From assembly GCA_030704615.1 (NCBI GenBank), contig CM060731.1, positions 74,276,001-74,340,000 on the forward strand: a stretch of DNA of 64,000 nucleotides, in the 5' to 3' direction. Position 1 is the first letter of the stretch. The number at the start of each line of letters is the position of its first letter. The position numbers were made by a program, and so were the translations under genes. This document shows positions 61,801 to 64,000 of the stretch, one piece after another. The notes under the pieces were generated by a model. It was not told where the DNA came from. It saw only the letters and a program-made list of their open reading frames with translations, and did not search any database. This DNA comes from Takakia lepidozioides. Its lineage: Eukaryota > Plantae > Bryophyta.

Positions 61801-62902
61801 AAGCTCCAGATTACCTTGATTCCATGTGGGGGTCAGTAGCTACAAGAAACCTGCATGAGTAGATGGTCAACTAAAGGCAGCAGCTGCAACGGCACAGTTG
61901 ATAAAATCAGGCACCTCAACCATGACCACAACTTCTGAAAGAGGATCAAGAGAGGGAGTCCACAATGTTTTTCTACTCAACACCCTTGTCAACATGTATG
62001 TTATATGCGGGAGCATCATTGATGCTCACCAAGTGTTCAACAGAATGCCTCAACGATCTTTGATCACGTGGAATATAATGTTGGCAGGATGTAATGCGTG
62101 TCCAAGCCTGCGAGCTCTGGAAAAGGGGAAAGAGGTCCATGGTGACATTGTCGAAGCTGGAATTGTACCAGATGTCATTTTGAACACTCCCCTGGTGGAC
62201 ATGTATGCCAAATGTGGGTGCATTAAGGATGCGAAGGGAGTTTCCATGGCTGAACGAGGTGTGGTGTGGTGGAGTGCGGTGCTTGCAGGGTATGCACAGC
62301 AGGGACGTGGTATGGAGGCTTTGGAGACCTATGATCAAATGATGGGGGAAGGGGTGAAGCCCGACCACATCACGTTTGTGTACATTTGCAATGTGTGTGC
62401 AAGCCTGTCAGCTCTGGAAAAGGGCAAAGAGGACCATGGCGACATTGTTGGATTTGCAATTGTATCAAATGTCATTCTGAACAATACCCTCGTGGACATG
62501 TATGAAGGGAGTGTTCAACGGTATGGCTGAACGAGATGTGCTGTCGTGGAGTGCGATGATTGCAGGATATGCACAGCAAGGGCGCGGGATGGAGGCTTTG
62601 GAGACCTATGAGCAAATGATGTGCGAAGGGGTGAAGCCCGCTTTGCATTGCATGATGTTGAGGAAGAGCTTAAAGAATCGTCTCTTTGCCACCACAATGA
62701 GAAGCTGGCCATTGTTTTTTGGCTTATCAACACACCCTCTGGGATGTCTTTGGGGATCATCAGGAATCTTCGGATGTGTGGTGATTGCCACATAGCCACC
62801 AAATTCATCTCAAAGATAGCTAAGCAAGAGATTGTTGTACGGGATGCAAACCACTTTCACCACTTCCAAAATGGTGTTTGTTCTTGTGGGGAGTATTGGT
62901 GA
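58885..62902 (+). pseudogene. Mosaic of decayed PLS PPR, E/E+ (about 60230-60485) and DYW deaminase (62640-62902) sequence
   Basis: Many P/L/S motifs with stops and frameshifts. KEPGRCCIEV..HTFVVDDKLHP; HHNEKLA, RNLRMCGDCH, IVVRDANHFHHF, CSCGEYW-stop. Confidence 0.9.
59092..59632 (-). mobile_element. LINE-derived fragments inserted in PPR sequence
   Basis: Minus strand RLKLKCRSGSVPLN resembles the LINE at about 54360. The PPR motif AKCGCI resumes after about 59632. Confidence 0.55.
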
Positions 62903-63592
62903 AATGAAATGCTTGTCACCTAATTGAATGTATTGAACTCTGTCAGCTGCGAGTCAGGTTGAACTCCAACAGTGGCAGCAAAGGCGCACGAAATCTCTTT
63001 TTGGAGAGGAATTCTCAACAGTAGGTTTTGAACATAATTGGACCTTGCGAAGGTTGAAACTGTAGAACAAATTCAGAAACTGTCCTAGTTGATGAACAGA
63101 GGTGCAGTGACTAGGTCTTCATGGTCTTCAAGAGGGTCACTCTCTGATGAAAATACCCAGGACTGTATATCAGAAATTGGAAACTTTCTGCAGGCCTCTT
63201 GCACATCGGGCATTGACAATGTCCCTTTCCTCTCTGCATCTGATTATTGTTAGATTCCACAACAAGTTTTATCGAGGGCAAACAGATTTTTTTTAATTAA
63301 TTTATTAGATTTTATTCTATTTTTAAATGAATAAACTTGATATAATATAAAAACATACATATACATATTTGAGGGTATTTTTTAATTATTGAAAAGGAAA
63401 ATATACATACAGAAGGCGGTACTTTTTAAAAATTACAAATTTCTATATATGTACAGGACGGGGTTTTATAATCTTCAAAATGTATGTACAGAGGGGGTAT
63501 AAATGATCCAAGGACCCGTATACAGGGGTTTTTTTTTATTAGGCGGCGAACGCACGTGATACGGACATTTTATAAAGAGTGCACCCCCCAGG

Positions 63593-64000
63593 TGGGGGAA
63601 GCACATCATGTTTGTGTGCATTTGCAATTCTTGTGCAAGCCTGGCAGCCCTGGAGAAGGGCAAGAGGTGCATAGGGATATCATCAAAGCTGGAATTGTGC
63701 CAAATGTCAATTTGAACACTACCCTAGCAGCTTTGGAAAAGGGGAAAGAGGTCCATGGCGACATCTTTAGAGTTGGAATTGTACCAGATGTCATTCTGAA
63801 CAATACCCTGGTGAGCATGTTTGCAAAATGTGGGTGCATCTAGGAAGCAAAGGGAGTGTTCGACACTATGGCTGAACGAGATGTGGTGTCGTGGAGTGTG
63901 ATGCTTGCAGGGTATGCACGGCAGGGACGTGGGATGGAGGCTTTGGAGAGCTATGAGCAGATGATGGGGGAAGCACATCATGTTTGTGTGCATTTGCAAA
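63593..64000 (+). pseudogene. PLS PPR tandem unit (right flank), running off the window
   Basis: Near-identical to 58180-58560, including the same TAG stop after KCGCI. Confidence 0.88.

Larger units (their letters stand above)
58562..63592. mobile_element. 5031-bp TIR DNA transposon without transposase, carrying PPR/DYW sequence (Pack-type)
   Basis: Imperfect 43-bp TIRs (first 16 nt cctggggggtgcactc identical, also cacgtgcgt), with 8-bp TSD tgggggaa at 58554-58561 and 63593-63600. Confidence 0.82.

Overview
Eukaryotic, repeat-rich nuclear DNA, most likely from a non-seed land plant (inferred from many PLS/E/DYW PPR RNA-editing-factor sequences, a microbial-type terpene synthase, and plant chromovirus and CACTA elements). 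One intact host gene is present: a 16-exon SERAC1-like alpha/beta-hydrolase (minus strand, 10283-21894, about 1332 aa). Around it lie a frameshifted plastid-type MTPSL terpene synthase, an orphan 3' fragment of MLH3, many decayed PPR fragments, and nested LINE, Ty3/gypsy, CACTA and hAT-MITE pieces. Two things stand out. (1) A spliced gene for a prokaryote-type beta-class amino (N6-adenine/N4-cytosine) DNA methyltransferase sits in a transposon-like segment at about 34.7-44.4 kb. The ORF track misses it because a full-length chromovirus LTR retrotransposon has inserted inside its SAM-binding motif (RIL|DLTCGTG). (2) A 5.0 kb TIR element with an 8-bp target-site duplication (58562-63592) is filled with PPR and DYW deaminase sequence, suggesting Pack-type transposon capture of RNA-editing factor modules. 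All calls were made by reading the sequence; no database searches were run.
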